NCBI GenBank assembly: GCA_963700155.1
Contig: OY969472.1
Location: 680,690 to 744,689, forward strand
Source of the DNA: an uncultured bacterium
Lineage (GTDB): Bacteria; Patescibacteriota; Dojkabacteria; J137
Direction of reading: 5' to 3'
Length of the DNA stretch: 64,000 nucleotides
Part shown: one piece after another, positions 8,046 to 17,709 of the stretch
Position numbering within the stretch: the first letter of the stretch is position 1
How the letters are laid out: the number at the start of each line of letters is the position of its first letter
Program-made: the position numbers and the translations under genes
The notes under the pieces: model-generated
Told to the model about the DNA's origin: nothing
Databases searched by the model: none
Seen by the model: the letters and a program-made list of their open reading frames with translations, nothing else

Positions 8046-10571
8046 ATGGACGACAATATGTCAGATACAAAAGGATTTAATAGATTTACACAAAATGCCA
8101 GGAGTGTTATTGGCCAGGGTTATGATACTGCAAAAAGATATGGTTACAATGAATATAAAATAATTCACATCTTTTATGCTTTACTCCAAGATCAAAATGG
8201 ATTAGTTGTAGAAGTCTTTAATAGAGTTGGTGTTGATGTTGAAAGTACAAAAAATCAGATTATTGAGGAGTTTGAAAAGTATAAAAAAGAACATAATATT
8301 GAACCTATAAATATAAATAGCGAGATAAAATTTTCAAATGAAGTTAAAGACCTGATTAACCATAGTTTTATTGTTGCTTCAGATTTAAGGCATGTATATG
8401 TTGGCACAGAGCATTTATTACTCTCACTTTTCCAGATGAATGGAATAGACTTTATTGAAGACCTAAAGAAGTTGGGGATTAACTTTGAAGTGTTAAAAGA
8501 TACTTTGTTTAAGGTAGCTAATTATTCTATGCTTAGTCCAGGTAAAGATGAGTTTGATGGGATTGAATTATCAAAATCTTCAGCTATGAGTTCTTTGCCG
8601 TATTTTACAAGAGATATGAATGAGATTGCTCAGGATAATGGCTTCGGGAATATTACAGGAAGAGAAGAAGAGATTAAAAGAATGATTAATATTCTAGCAA
8701 GAAAAACTAAGAATAATCCTATTTTAGTGGGGGATGCTGGTGTTGGAAAAACTGCTATTGTTGAAGGATTGGTCAATAAAATTGTTCAAAAGAAAGTTCC
8801 AGCCTCTTTTTTTGGAAAGAAAGTCATAAGTTTGGACGTCGGATCCATATTGTCAGGCGCACGATTAAGAGGTGATGTCGAAGAAAGAATCACTTCAGTG
8901 ATTAATGATGTTCTTTCAGAAGGAAATGTAATTGTATTCATTGATGAAATTCATACTATCGTTGGAGCAGGAAGTGCAGGTGGACGTGATTCTCTAGATA
9001 TAGCAAACATTTTAAAGCCTTATCTAACAAATTCTAACCTTAGTGTAATTGGAGCAACAACTGTTGATGAATATAATAAATATTTTGAGACAGATTCTGC
9101 ACTGTCAAGGAGATTCCAACCTATCTTTGTTGAAGAATTAAATATTGATAGTGCCAAAGAGGTTGTCCGTGGATTGGTCAAAGAATTTGAAGACTATCAT
9201 CATGTAAAGATCAAATCTGATGCGGTTGATAGCGCTGTCGAACTTTCATCTAAATTTATAAAGGACAGATATTTACCTGACAAAGCAATTGATTTGATCG
9301 ATGAAGCAGCAGCAGCTGTAAAAGTGGGGAGAGAAGTAGCAATGGAACCAGAACTAAGTGCTTTAGGATCAAAGTTGATTGAGGTTCAGGATAAAAAAGA
9401 TCAAGCTTTAAAAAAACTAGATTATGGTAAAGCTTCTGAATATAAGAAAAAAGAAAGTGAGCTTATTGAAGAGATCGAGAATGTAGTAGAAGGTAAAAAA
9501 ATTATTAGTAAGAAATATTCAAAAATAGTATCAGATGACATAATTAAAGACATAATTGTTGAATGGACAAAAATCCCTATAGCTGCTGCTGATATATCTG
9601 ATAAGCGTTTAAAAGATCTAAGTTCAAATTTAAAAAAGGTAATAATAGGCGAAGATAGAATCATTGACGAGGTTTCTCTTGCAATACAGAGATCACATCT
9701 TGGTTTAAGTGGAGAATCTAGACCTTTAGCCTCATTTTTATTTCTTGGACCAACAGGAGTTGGTAAGACAGAATTAGCGAAATCACTTGCAAAAGAGCTT
9801 TTTGGTTCCGTAAATTTAATGTATCAGATCAACATGAGCGAGTTTATGGAACCTCATAGTGTTGCAAAATTGATAGGAGCTCCACCTGGATATGTTGGAT
9901 ATCAAGAAGGCGGACAACTTACTACTTATGTAAAAAGAAAACCTTATTCTGTAATACTTTTTGATGAGATAGAAAAAGCTCATCCAGATGTTTTAAATCT
10001 TCTTTTGCAAATACTCGAGGAAGGTGAAATCAATGATGGAAAAGGGAATAGGGCATCTTTAAAGAATTGTATTATTGTTATGACTTCTAATATTGGGGCT
10101 GCGGATATTTCTTCGGACTCAAAATTAGGTTTCAATGTTGATATAGATGAAATTGAAAAGTCTGAAGTTGATGTTGCATACGAAGATATGAGAGATAAGA
10201 TTATGGAACAGTTAAAACTTACCATGAGGCCTGAAATCCTTAATAGAATTGATTTAATTGATATTTTTAGAGGATTGAATAAAGATGACACTTACCTAAT
10301 CGCAAAGAAATTTGTTAATGAGTTTGTTATACAGATTCTTCCTAAAGGGATATATTTGAATGTCTCGGATGAAGTAGTGGGTAAGGTTAATGATGAAGGA
10401 TATAGTAAAGAATACGGAGGAAGAAATATCAGGCGAAAAGTGCAAGAAATACTTGAAAATTCTTTAACACAATATTTAATAGATTCTAAGATCTCAAAAA
10501 AGAGGAAGAATCCAATAAAATTAAATGCATTGTTAAAGAAAGGTAAAGTTGTCTTTACTCAAGATCGATAA
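8046..10571 (+). CDS. clpC: Clp/Hsp100 AAA+ chaperone ATPase, ClpC/ClpB family (Clp_N domain and two nucleotide-binding domains)
   Basis: Walker A motifs GDAGVGKTAIVEG (NBD1) and GPTGVGKTELAKSLA (NBD2). The short middle domain favours ClpC over ClpB. Confidence 0.8.
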   Translation: MDDNMSDTKGFNRFTQNARSVIGQGYDTAKRYGYNEYKIIHIFYALLQDQNGLVVEVFNRVGVDVESTKNQIIEEFEKYKKEHNIEPININSEIKFSNEVKDLINHSFIVASDLRHVYVGTEHLLLSLFQMNGIDFIEDLKKLGINFEVLKDTLFKVANYSMLSPGKDEFDGIELSKSSAMSSLPYFTRDMNEIAQDNGFGNITGREEEIKRMINILARKTKNNPILVGDAGVGKTAIVEGLVNKIVQKKVPASFFGKKVISLDVGSILSGARLRGDVEERITSVINDVLSEGNVIVFIDEIHTIVGAGSAGGRDSLDIANILKPYLTNSNLSVIGATTVDEYNKYFETDSALSRRFQPIFVEELNIDSAKEVVRGLVKEFEDYHHVKIKSDAVDSAVELSSKFIKDRYLPDKAIDLIDEAAAAVKVGREVAMEPELSALGSKLIEVQDKKDQALKKLDYGKASEYKKKESELIEEIENVVEGKKIISKKYSKIVSDDIIKDIIVEWTKIPIAAADISDKRLKDLSSNLKKVIIGEDRIIDEVSLAIQRSHLGLSGESRPLASFLFLGPTGVGKTELAKSLAKELFGSVNLMYQINMSEFMEPHSVAKLIGAPPGYVGYQEGGQLTTYVKRKPYSVILFDEIEKAHPDVLNLLLQILEEGEINDGKGNRASLKNCIIVMTSNIGAADISSDSKLGFNVDIDEIEKSEVDVAYEDMRDKIMEQLKLTMRPEILNRIDLIDIFRGLNKDDTYLIAKKFVNEFVIQILPKGIYLNVSDEVVGKVNDEGYSKEYGGRNIRRKVQEILENSLTQYLIDSKISKKRKNPIKLNALLKKGKVVFTQDR

Positions 10572-10597
10572 ACTACTGCATTTTTAAATAGTGTAGA

Positions 10598-10654
10598 GCG
10601 GGAAAATCACCATAAATTTCAATAAGTTTGTAATCTCATTTGTGATTTTCCCGC
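10598..10654 (+). terminator. Putative clpC terminator: 13-bp perfect stem (gcgggaaaatcac/gtgattttcccgc) with an unusually large ~31-nt loop and a weak T tract
   Basis: Inverted repeat read directly. Located 27 nt after the clpC stop. Confidence 0.4.
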
Positions 10655-10761
10655 CTATGTTTTCAAATGCCTCTCAAAACTATAGGACTTGACAATATAA
10701 AAATATAGGATATAATAATTGTAGTTTCAATATAAATAGTTTATAGTGAAACCAGAACATT

Positions 10762-10853
10762 GAAATTTCTTATTAATCCCAGAGTCTGGTTCGCGTACAA
10801 TCTTGTAAACCTATACAGGATACTTACTGGACTCTCGGATTAATAAGAAATTC
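10762..10853 (+). other. ~92-nt long imperfect palindrome/structured element in the rho 5' leader (arms gaaatttcttattaatcc-cagagtc and gactctc-ggattaataagaaattc, ~21 bp with one mismatch, ~43-nt interior). Candidate cis-regulatory RNA, small ncRNA or MITE-like element.
   Basis: Inverted repeat read directly. It lies in a 467-bp intergenic region upstream of rho, which is followed by a C-rich/G-poor tract (ctctctct) typical of rut sites. Confidence 0.4.
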
Positions 10854-11038
10854 TTTCTAAAAATACCTCAAAATGAAAAATTACCTGTTTTGTTTGAAAA
10901 TAATGTTTTATAATAAAAGTATTAATTTAAATTAATTTTTAAAATTTCTTTACAGGACTACACAATAGCATTCTCTCTCTGTAATTTTTTAAAACCCCTA
11001 ATTAACAACAAAATTTTATTATTTATAAGAATTAAGTT

Positions 11039-12328
11039 ATGGCAACAAAAAGAGACAATATAGTCAAATCAACTAGCATAAAAGAGTTAGATGAGAAGAC
11101 TTTAGCAGAACTACGAAAAACTGCTTCAGAATTGGATATAAAAGATTTCCAAGATTATAAAAAAAATGACCTTATTTTAGCTATTCTTGCTGAAGAGACT
11201 AAAAGAGGTGGAAACATTTTTGCTGAAGGCTTTTTAGAAGTAGTTAAAGACACTCATGGAGTTTTAAGATCTGCAACTATGCTCCCTGGTGAAAATGATG
11301 TATATGTTTCAGGATCACAAATTAAAAGATTTAATTTAAGACAAGGAGACTTTATTTCTGGTCAAGCTAGACCACCAAAAGAAGGTGAAAGATATTTAAG
11401 TCTATTAAAAATTGAAGCAATAAATGGAAAAAGTCCTGAAAACGCAATCTCTAGACCTAGTTTTAACAGCTTAACTCCAATTTTCCCTGAAGAGCAGATA
11501 AAGTTAGAAACTGATCAGCATACATTTTCAACAAGAATGATTGATTTGATTTCTCCTATTGGAAAAGGGCAGAGAGGAATGATTGTTGCTCCTCCAAAGG
11601 CAGGAAAAACTTGGCTTTTAAAGGATATAGCTGCTGGAATTGCTCAAAATCACCCTGAGATTCATTTAATGGTACTACTTGTTGGTGAAAGACCTGAAGA
11701 AGTTACAGACATGCAAAGATTTGTAAAAGGAGAAGTTATTGCAGCGAACTTCGATGAAATGCCTGAATACCACACTAAAATATCTGAAATGGCCGTAGAA
11801 CGAGCTAAGAGGTTGGTTGAATATGGAAAGGATGTTGTTATCTTGATGGACAGTATAACTCGTCTTGCAAGAGCTTATAACATCGTAGAACCACCATCCG
11901 GAAGAACTTTGTCTGGAGGTTTTGATCCTAAGGCTATTTTCCCACCTAAGAAATTTTTTGGAGCAGCTAGAAATATGGAATTTGGCGGAAGTCTTACAAT
12001 TATTGCTACTGCATTAGTTGATACTGGAAGTAAGATGGATGAAGTTATTTTCGAAGAATTTAAAGGAACAGGAAATATGGAAGTTAAGCTTGATAGAAGA
12101 TTAACTGAAAGAAGAATATATCCAGCAATTGATGTAACTCAATCTTATACAAGAAATGAAGAAAAATTGTTAGCCCCAGAAGTGCTTGCTCAAACCTGGA
12201 GAGTTATTAGAATGCTTGATACTTTGAAAGCAGAAACTAATGCTAACCCAACTGAGGTATTGATTGAAAGATTAAAAAAGACTAAAAATAATGAAGAATT
12301 CTTAGCTACATTGCACGAGAGCTACTAA
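11039..12328 (+). CDS. rho: Transcription termination factor Rho
   Basis: N-terminal Rho_N-like region, Walker A (APPKAGKT), and a RecA-like core with conserved Rho motifs (e.g. RIYPAIDV). Confidence 0.9.
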   Translation: MATKRDNIVKSTSIKELDEKTLAELRKTASELDIKDFQDYKKNDLILAILAEETKRGGNIFAEGFLEVVKDTHGVLRSATMLPGENDVYVSGSQIKRFNLRQGDFISGQARPPKEGERYLSLLKIEAINGKSPENAISRPSFNSLTPIFPEEQIKLETDQHTFSTRMIDLISPIGKGQRGMIVAPPKAGKTWLLKDIAAGIAQNHPEIHLMVLLVGERPEEVTDMQRFVKGEVIAANFDEMPEYHTKISEMAVERAKRLVEYGKDVVILMDSITRLARAYNIVEPPSGRTLSGGFDPKAIFPPKKFFGAARNMEFGGSLTIIATALVDTGSKMDEVIFEEFKGTGNMEVKLDRRLTERRIYPAIDVTQSYTRNEEKLLAPEVLAQTWRVIRMLDTLKAETNANPTEVLIERLKKTKNNEEFLATLHESY

Positions 12329-12387
12329 TTTTAAATGATATAATTTATAGATATTTAAATCTTAAAATTTCTAAAATAGTTAAGATT

Positions 12388-13512
12388 TTGATCGATCAAA
12401 TCAAAAGAATTCCTGAAAGTATTCTAAAACTTATTTTTGGTTTTCTTGCCAACATATTCCAATTTGTGATTAATCTTTTTGCTAATATCAAGAAAACATT
12501 AGTTTACAGATCTTTCTGGGGTAGAAGTAGAGTATACAAGAATGTACTTCATTTTTCTTTACTTGCATTAACTTTGGTGATTTTTGTAACAGGTGTATCT
12601 TCAAGATTCGCAGATGTTACGATAAGTACAGCCTTTGCCAGTGGTAATGAAATACCTGTAGGAAATGTTGATTTACTTCCTCAAGGTGGAAGTATTCAAA
12701 CTATTTTGGCCACAAATCCTGAAGTTTATTTCAAAGTCTCTCAATATACAGTAAAGAAAGGTGATACGGTTCAATCTATTGCTGATAAATTTAAAGTTTC
12801 TAAAGATACAATAAAATGGGCAAATCCAAAAATTAACTATTACACAGAATTAGTTGAGGTTGGTGATATTCTTCAAATACCTGAAATCAATGGAGTACTA
12901 TACACAGTACAGTCTGGCGATATTTTAGATAGTGTTCTAAGTAAAACCTCTGGCGATAAATTTGACGTTATTGAAATCAATCAGCTTGAAGCACCAGATT
13001 TTAATTTACCTGTCGGAAAGAAAATTTTAATTCCAAATGGGAAGTTACAACCACCTGCTCAAACACCAGTATATTATTATCCGTCAATATTAGTACCTCA
13101 CGAGAATGGTACAATTCAGGATTTACAAGGTATATCTTTTGGAAATCCTTTGTCAAATCCAGCTTGTGCAGGTTATATTTATCAAAGAGGATTTTCACCT
13201 TGGCATAATGGAGTTGATTTGTCTAAGGCAGGCGGCTGCCCTGTAAGGGCAGCCGCCGATGGCGAAGTTATCTTCGCCGGTTGGTCAACTTATGGAGAAG
13301 GGTACAATGTCAGAATTTATCATGGTAATGGTATTGAAACTCATTACTACCATAGTAATGGCAATATCTGGGTAAAACCTGGAGATCATGTAGTTAAAGG
13401 TCAAGATATAATGTATATGGGATGTACTGGAAATTGTACAGGAACTCATCTACATATTGGATTAAAGTTGAATGGTCAGTTTATTGATCCGTCACCATAT
13501 ATTCCATATTAA
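12388..13512 (+). CDS. Membrane-anchored peptidoglycan hydrolase: two LysM domains plus a C-terminal M23 (LytM-type) metallopeptidase
   Basis: LysM-like YTVKKGDTVQSIADKF and YTVQSGDILDSV. M23 signature HYYHSN...GCTGNCTGTHLHIGL. Confidence 0.75.
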   Translation: MIDQIKRIPESILKLIFGFLANIFQFVINLFANIKKTLVYRSFWGRSRVYKNVLHFSLLALTLVIFVTGVSSRFADVTISTAFASGNEIPVGNVDLLPQGGSIQTILATNPEVYFKVSQYTVKKGDTVQSIADKFKVSKDTIKWANPKINYYTELVEVGDILQIPEINGVLYTVQSGDILDSVLSKTSGDKFDVIEINQLEAPDFNLPVGKKILIPNGKLQPPAQTPVYYYPSILVPHENGTIQDLQGISFGNPLSNPACAGYIYQRGFSPWHNGVDLSKAGGCPVRAAADGEVIFAGWSTYGEGYNVRIYHGNGIETHYYHSNGNIWVKPGDHVVKGQDIMYMGCTGNCTGTHLHIGLKLNGQFIDPSPYIPY

Positions 13513-13514
13513 TT

Positions 13515-13588
13515 TATCCCTACCAGGGAATCGAACCTGGATCTAAGCCTTAGGAGTGCCTTGTTCTATCCAATTGAACTATAGGGAC
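13515..13588 (-). tRNA. tRNA-Arg(CCU)-like, non-canonical: G1·U72 wobble, 4-bp anticodon stem with an A·G mismatch, apparent 8-nt T-loop (TTCGATTC)
   Basis: Reverse complement folds as acceptor GTCCCTA/TAGGGAT, D-arm GTTC/GAAC, anticodon loop CTCCTAA, T-stem CCAGG/CCTGG. The irregularities lower confidence. Confidence 0.5.
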
Positions 13589-13592
13589 TTTG

Positions 13593-14195
13593 TTATTTAT
13601 TTTCCCAATCCATGCTGTATAAAATCTTTTCAATTGCTAATTCGTAATCTTGAATTTCTTTTTCTTCAAACCATACTTTTAATTCTCTTTCTGCTTCATC
13701 AACAGAGCTAGATGCATGTACAAGATTTCTAGCAGCTCTATCAGCTTCATCGGCAATTAGGTATGAATCAATTGTATAATCAGCCCTAATTGTTCCTACG
13801 TCTGCTTGAAGAGGACTACCATGACCAACAAGTTTTCTTACATGTTCTATAGCATGAGCTCCTTCAATAACAAGTGCTATTACTGGCCCGACCACTAGAA
13901 ATTTTATTAATTTTGACTGTACATATTCTGCTTGTTCGATTGGAGTTCTATTCATTACTAATCCTTTTTCTTTATATATTTCTAGAGTTCTATTACCTGT
14001 CTTTAATTTTTCTTCCTCTGACCAGTAGTAATGATCAGCAGCTTGTTTCTTAGTAGGCCATACCATTTTCATAGCTGTAACTTTTAATCCTTTTCTCTCA
14101 AATCTGGTTAAAATTTCACCCATTAGACCTCTTTGTACAGCATCTGGTTTTATAAGTACCAATGTTCTTTCATAATTCTTAGAATTATTCTTCAT
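13593..14195 (-). CDS. ndk: Nucleoside diphosphate kinase with a ~45-aa insertion (200 aa versus ~140 typical)
   Basis: N-terminal ERTLVLIKPDAVQRGLMGEILTRFERKG and the catalytic His box NLVHASSSVDEAERELKVWF (compare NxxHGSDSxESAxREIxxWF). Confidence 0.75.
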   Translation of the reverse strand: MKNNSKNYERTLVLIKPDAVQRGLMGEILTRFERKGLKVTAMKMVWPTKKQAADHYYWSEEEKLKTGNRTLEIYKEKGLVMNRTPIEQAEYVQSKLIKFLVVGPVIALVIEGAHAIEHVRKLVGHGSPLQADVGTIRADYTIDSYLIADEADRAARNLVHASSSVDEAERELKVWFEEKEIQDYELAIEKILYSMDWENK

Positions 14196-14266
14196 ATAAA
14201 GTTTTTAAAATGTAAATCATTCAGGTGATTATAGTTTATTTGAAGTTAAAAATCATTATGATTTTG

Positions 14267-15694
14267 CTATTTCTTTGAAGGATCGATTAAGAATTTTTTC
14301 AGGTCTCTTTGTCCGATTATCATCGGGTAATTTAGATAAGTTCTATTTGTTAGAGTAGCGTGACTTTCAATGACCTGACCTGATATCTCAAATTTTATTC
14401 TTATGCTTGGACGATAACTTACGCCATTCCCAGCTTTAATAATTGCACCACTGTATATATCCGGGCTGTTCTCAAGTCTTAAGCTTAAATCATGTGAAGC
14501 AGAGTATTCTCTAGCTTCTTTTCCATTACTAAATAATTTAGGGACATCTTTTAGAATCTCTTCAGCATAATCAATTGCTTCACCATATCCAAGTTCTCTA
14601 GCAAGTTGAGTGTCAATTGATGTTATCGATGCTCCAGTATCTATTTTTGCTTTAATAGCAGTTTTTGTTACATCATCTTTATTATATAAATTAATATTTT
14701 CTTCTAATCCAATAACTTGTTTCCCAGTAAGCTCCTCAAGTTCTTCTTCGATTTCTCCTCCAAATAAATTTTTAGATAATCTTATACCATGTTGCGTATT
14801 TTTTACCTTTAACCCTTGAGCTTTTTTTAATCTCCATCTAAGTCCATCATGGTTAGCAATCTGAATTGATAAACCCGGCCTAGCATTCATTTCCACAATC
14901 ACTGGTCCTAAATCACGATCAATTAAGAAATCCATAGCTCCATAACCTAAGCCAGTTACCTTACTTGCTTCAATTGCATAAGCAAGTATTTTATCCCAGT
15001 AGGGGATCCTTATTCCAGAAAGAGGTAAGTGTGTATCTGGAGTATATTCTATTGGTGTTGATTTACCTATGATTGCACTAGTTGTCTTTCCTACTGCCAA
15101 GTCAATTCCAACACCAATTGCACCAAGGTCAAGGTTAGCTTTACCTTCAGAAGCTTTTGTCGGAAGCCTTACATATGACATTATTGGAATACTATTATAT
15201 ACAATTACTCTAATATCTGGAGCTCCTTTGTAAGTATAGTACTTAAAGTTTTTATGAAACTTAACTCTTTCTTCAAAAAGAATAATATCTGGTTCGTTAA
15301 AGAGAGAGTATTTACCATCTAAAATATCTCTACAATGACTTTTAAGGTCATTTAAACTCATTCTTGACCTATCAGCTCTAATCCAGTTCCCATTCTTATC
15401 ACGATTATAAAAAATTTCAATTCCTCCTCCTCGAGTACCATTTACTGGCTTTACTACAAAAGAGTTAGGTAATAAATCAAAATTAAATGTGTCTAATTGT
15501 TTTTTATCTCTGATAACTGTAACTTTCTTAGGAACAGGAATATTATTTTTATGTAAGATTCTTTTGCTTAATACTTTGTTATCAGCAATATGTTTCGCAC
15601 GGGATAGGTTATATTTTCTTATGTAAGAAAGCTGCCTTTCGTTTCTACCAAGGACTTGTTTCCTATTTTGTAGTATTAGTGCTACTTTGTTCAT
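14267..15694 (-). CDS. Fusion protein: RimK-like ATP-grasp amidoligase (alpha-L-glutamate ligase-like) N-terminal, plus a C-terminal clan AA retropepsin-like aspartic protease (DTGA motif)
   Basis: ATP-grasp features: VVKPVNGTRGGGIEIF and DFLIDRDLGPVIVEMNARPGLS. Retropepsin motif: KAKIDTGASITSID. The start overlaps the upstream membrane gene by 32 nt. Confidence 0.65.
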   Translation of the reverse strand: MNKVALILQNRKQVLGRNERQLSYIRKYNLSRAKHIADNKVLSKRILHKNNIPVPKKVTVIRDKKQLDTFNFDLLPNSFVVKPVNGTRGGGIEIFYNRDKNGNWIRADRSRMSLNDLKSHCRDILDGKYSLFNEPDIILFEERVKFHKNFKYYTYKGAPDIRVIVYNSIPIMSYVRLPTKASEGKANLDLGAIGVGIDLAVGKTTSAIIGKSTPIEYTPDTHLPLSGIRIPYWDKILAYAIEASKVTGLGYGAMDFLIDRDLGPVIVEMNARPGLSIQIANHDGLRWRLKKAQGLKVKNTQHGIRLSKNLFGGEIEEELEELTGKQVIGLEENINLYNKDDVTKTAIKAKIDTGASITSIDTQLARELGYGEAIDYAEEILKDVPKLFSNGKEAREYSASHDLSLRLENSPDIYSGAIIKAGNGVSYRPSIRIKFEISGQVIESHATLTNRTYLNYPMIIGQRDLKKFLIDPSKK

Positions 15695-16463
15695 CCTGGG
15701 TATTTTCTTCTTGAAGTAATATACTCTTAAATCTCCAATATTCTGTAATTCTTAGTCCTAAGAATCTTCCCACATAGATATTAATAATTATAAGAACACC
15801 TATTACTAATAATGGATTTGTTAGGACAAAATCTTGTAATTCTCTAATTGAAATTATTAAATAGCTTATTACGCATATTATTAATGTTTCAAAAGCAATC
15901 GAAAGTGCATATCGGAAGTTTTTCTTTGCATAAACATTCATAAATCCATCAGCTGTTGTTACTAATATGATCATAGACAGAGGACTAATCACTATAAATG
16001 TTGATTTGTCAAAGTACATCGAGACAAATATTAGAATAGTGGTCGCTAAAGTTGCAGCAATAATTATTAAAGAAAGTTTAGGAATATAGTGCATTCTCAA
16101 TCTTCGGAGGATTGCATAGAATAAAGCAGATGAGAATAAAACTACACAGAAAGAAATTATCCCATATATTAACCCTGCAAAAAAATTAGGATTTGATTTA
16201 TTAGAATATTCAATATCAAAAAATATGAACGTTAAAAGTAGAGGAACGTAAAAGCTCAAACTTCTTAATCCTATTATATATCTTGCGATACCAATCACAG
16301 TTGCCACAATTGGTAGCATTAACAATATTAGTGCAAGGTATTTTAAAGATTCTAAATCTGTTGCTGAAATTCCTTTCTCAATGAATACATTCCAAATTAT
16401 GTCCATATTAAAATTCTTATAATTATTTTGATTTAAATTATAACATCCTTGAAATTTTTTCAA
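15663..16463 (-). CDS. Polytopic (~7 TM) membrane protein, translationally coupled upstream partner of the ATP-grasp/protease gene. Possibly the 7TM module associated with RimK-like ligases.
   Basis: Seven or more hydrophobic segments in the translation. Operon context and an overlapping stop/start. Confidence 0.45.
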   Translation of the reverse strand: MKKFQGCYNLNQNNYKNFNMDIIWNVFIEKGISATDLESLKYLALILLMLPIVATVIGIARYIIGLRSLSFYVPLLLTFIFFDIEYSNKSNPNFFAGLIYGIISFCVVLFSSALFYAILRRLRMHYIPKLSLIIIAATLATTILIFVSMYFDKSTFIVISPLSMIILVTTADGFMNVYAKKNFRYALSIAFETLIICVISYLIISIRELQDFVLTNPLLVIGVLIIINIYVGRFLGLRITEYWRFKSILLQEENTQDEQSSTNTTK

Positions 16464-16641
16464 ATAGCTGAAAAACTTGCCTATAAATATATATCAATCC
16501 AAGTTACATATTTGTTATCTTGACAATTAGATCTAAACTATTAGTGTCAAGTTTCAGTATCTTACTATATAGCTAACTTAGTTAACTTAGTTTCCACAAA
16601 ATAGTTAAAATAATATTTTAACTAAAATATTTAAAATTCAT

Positions 16642-16697
16642 AAAAAAAAGGACTCCAATCACATATTTTTGTCTATTTTTGAGATTGGAGTCCTTTT
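16642..16697 (-). terminator. Intrinsic terminator downstream of rplL (stem ggactccaatc/gattggagtcc flanked by A8 and T4, so potentially bidirectional)
   Basis: 11-bp perfect stem. On the minus strand it is followed by a U8 run immediately after the rplL stop. Confidence 0.75.
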
Positions 16698-16716
16698 AAA
16701 TTACTAGAAGAGAGTG

Positions 16717-17103
16717 TTATTTAACTTCAACTTTAGCACCTTCTGCTTCAAGTTGTTTCTTAACATCTTCTGCTTCTTCCTTTTTTACAGCTTCTTTGAT
16801 TGCTTTTGGTCCTGAAGCTACACTGTCTACTAAGTCTTTAGCTTCTTTTAATCCTAATCCTGTAAGGTTCTTTACAACCTTGATAACACCGATTTTGTTT
16901 GAACCTACATCTGATAAGATAACATCAAATTCTGTTTTCTCTTCAACAGGTTCAGCAGCTGTAGCTGGCATTGCAGCCATAGCCATAGGTGCAGCAGCCT
17001 TAACATCAAAGGTTTCTTCTAAAGCTTTTTTTAAATCAAAAGCTTCAACAACAGATAACTCTTTAATGCTGTCAACAATTTTTTGTACTTTGTCGCTTGC
17101 CAT
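16717..17103 (-). CDS. rplL: 50S ribosomal protein L7/L12
   Basis: Characteristic N-terminal dimerisation segment, Ala/Pro-rich hinge and conserved C-terminal domain ([43 protein letters not shown]). Confidence 0.9.
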   Translation of the reverse strand: MASDKVQKIVDSIKELSVVEAFDLKKALEETFDVKAAAPMAMAAMPATAAEPVEEKTEFDVILSDVGSNKIGVIKVVKNLTGLGLKEAKDLVDSVASGPKAIKEAVKKEEAEDVKKQLEAEGAKVEVK

Positions 17104-17175
17104 AAATAAAATAAATTAATAAATAATTTCTAAGAAGAAGAGCGGAATTTATTCAAATTCCGCTCTCCGAATTAG

Positions 17176-17709
17176 TTACTCTTTAAAAGCCTGATCTAAA
17201 ATTGATACGTATCCTCTTGGTGCATCTTCAAGTACATTAAGTACTCCTGCGATTGCATTATCAAGAATTCCAAGTATCAATGAAACACTTCCTTTCTTGT
17301 CAGGCATTTCAGCTAATGATTCTACTTCAGATTTGTTTAATAAATTACCATCAAGTATTCCTTCTATAATCTCAACTTTTGGATCTTTATCTTTTTCGGT
17401 AGTGACTTCTATAAACTTTTTAAGTAATTTGGATGGACTTACAAAGTCTTCTCCCAAGAACATTACTGCATGTTCTCCTTGATTTAATGTCTCTAACTCA
17501 GGTAGATTGCTTTCTTTTAAAGCAAGTTTGAAAATTGAGTTTTTTATTACATTAAACTGTGCACCTGTTTCGAAAAGTTCTTTTTTGAATTCATTTATTT
17601 CATTAGGAACAATTCTACTTGGCTTTATAACGACTATTCCATTATGAGAAGCAATTGCCTCTTTATATCTGGAAAGTAATTCTTGTTTTTCTTTTTTGGT
17701 TTTGGCCAT
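17176..17709 (-). CDS. rplJ: 50S ribosomal protein L10
   Basis: Position immediately upstream of rplL. Size and L10-like sequence. Confidence 0.8.
   Translation of the reverse strand: MAKTKKEKQELLSRYKEAIASHNGIVVIKPSRIVPNEINEFKKELFETGAQFNVIKNSIFKLALKESNLPELETLNQGEHAVMFLGEDFVSPSKLLKKFIEVTTEKDKDPKVEIIEGILDGNLLNKSEVESLAEMPDKKGSVSLILGILDNAIAGVLNVLEDAPRGYVSILDQAFKE

Noticed and set aside
9422-10291. Two antisense ORFs (9422..9664, 9980..10291) inside clpC
   Set aside because: They overlap the second AAA+ domain of a clearly conserved gene. The translations are Ser/Ile/Phe-rich junk.
16796-17119. ORF antisense to rplL
   Set aside because: It is the mirror frame of the Ala-rich L7/L12 gene and has no independent support.
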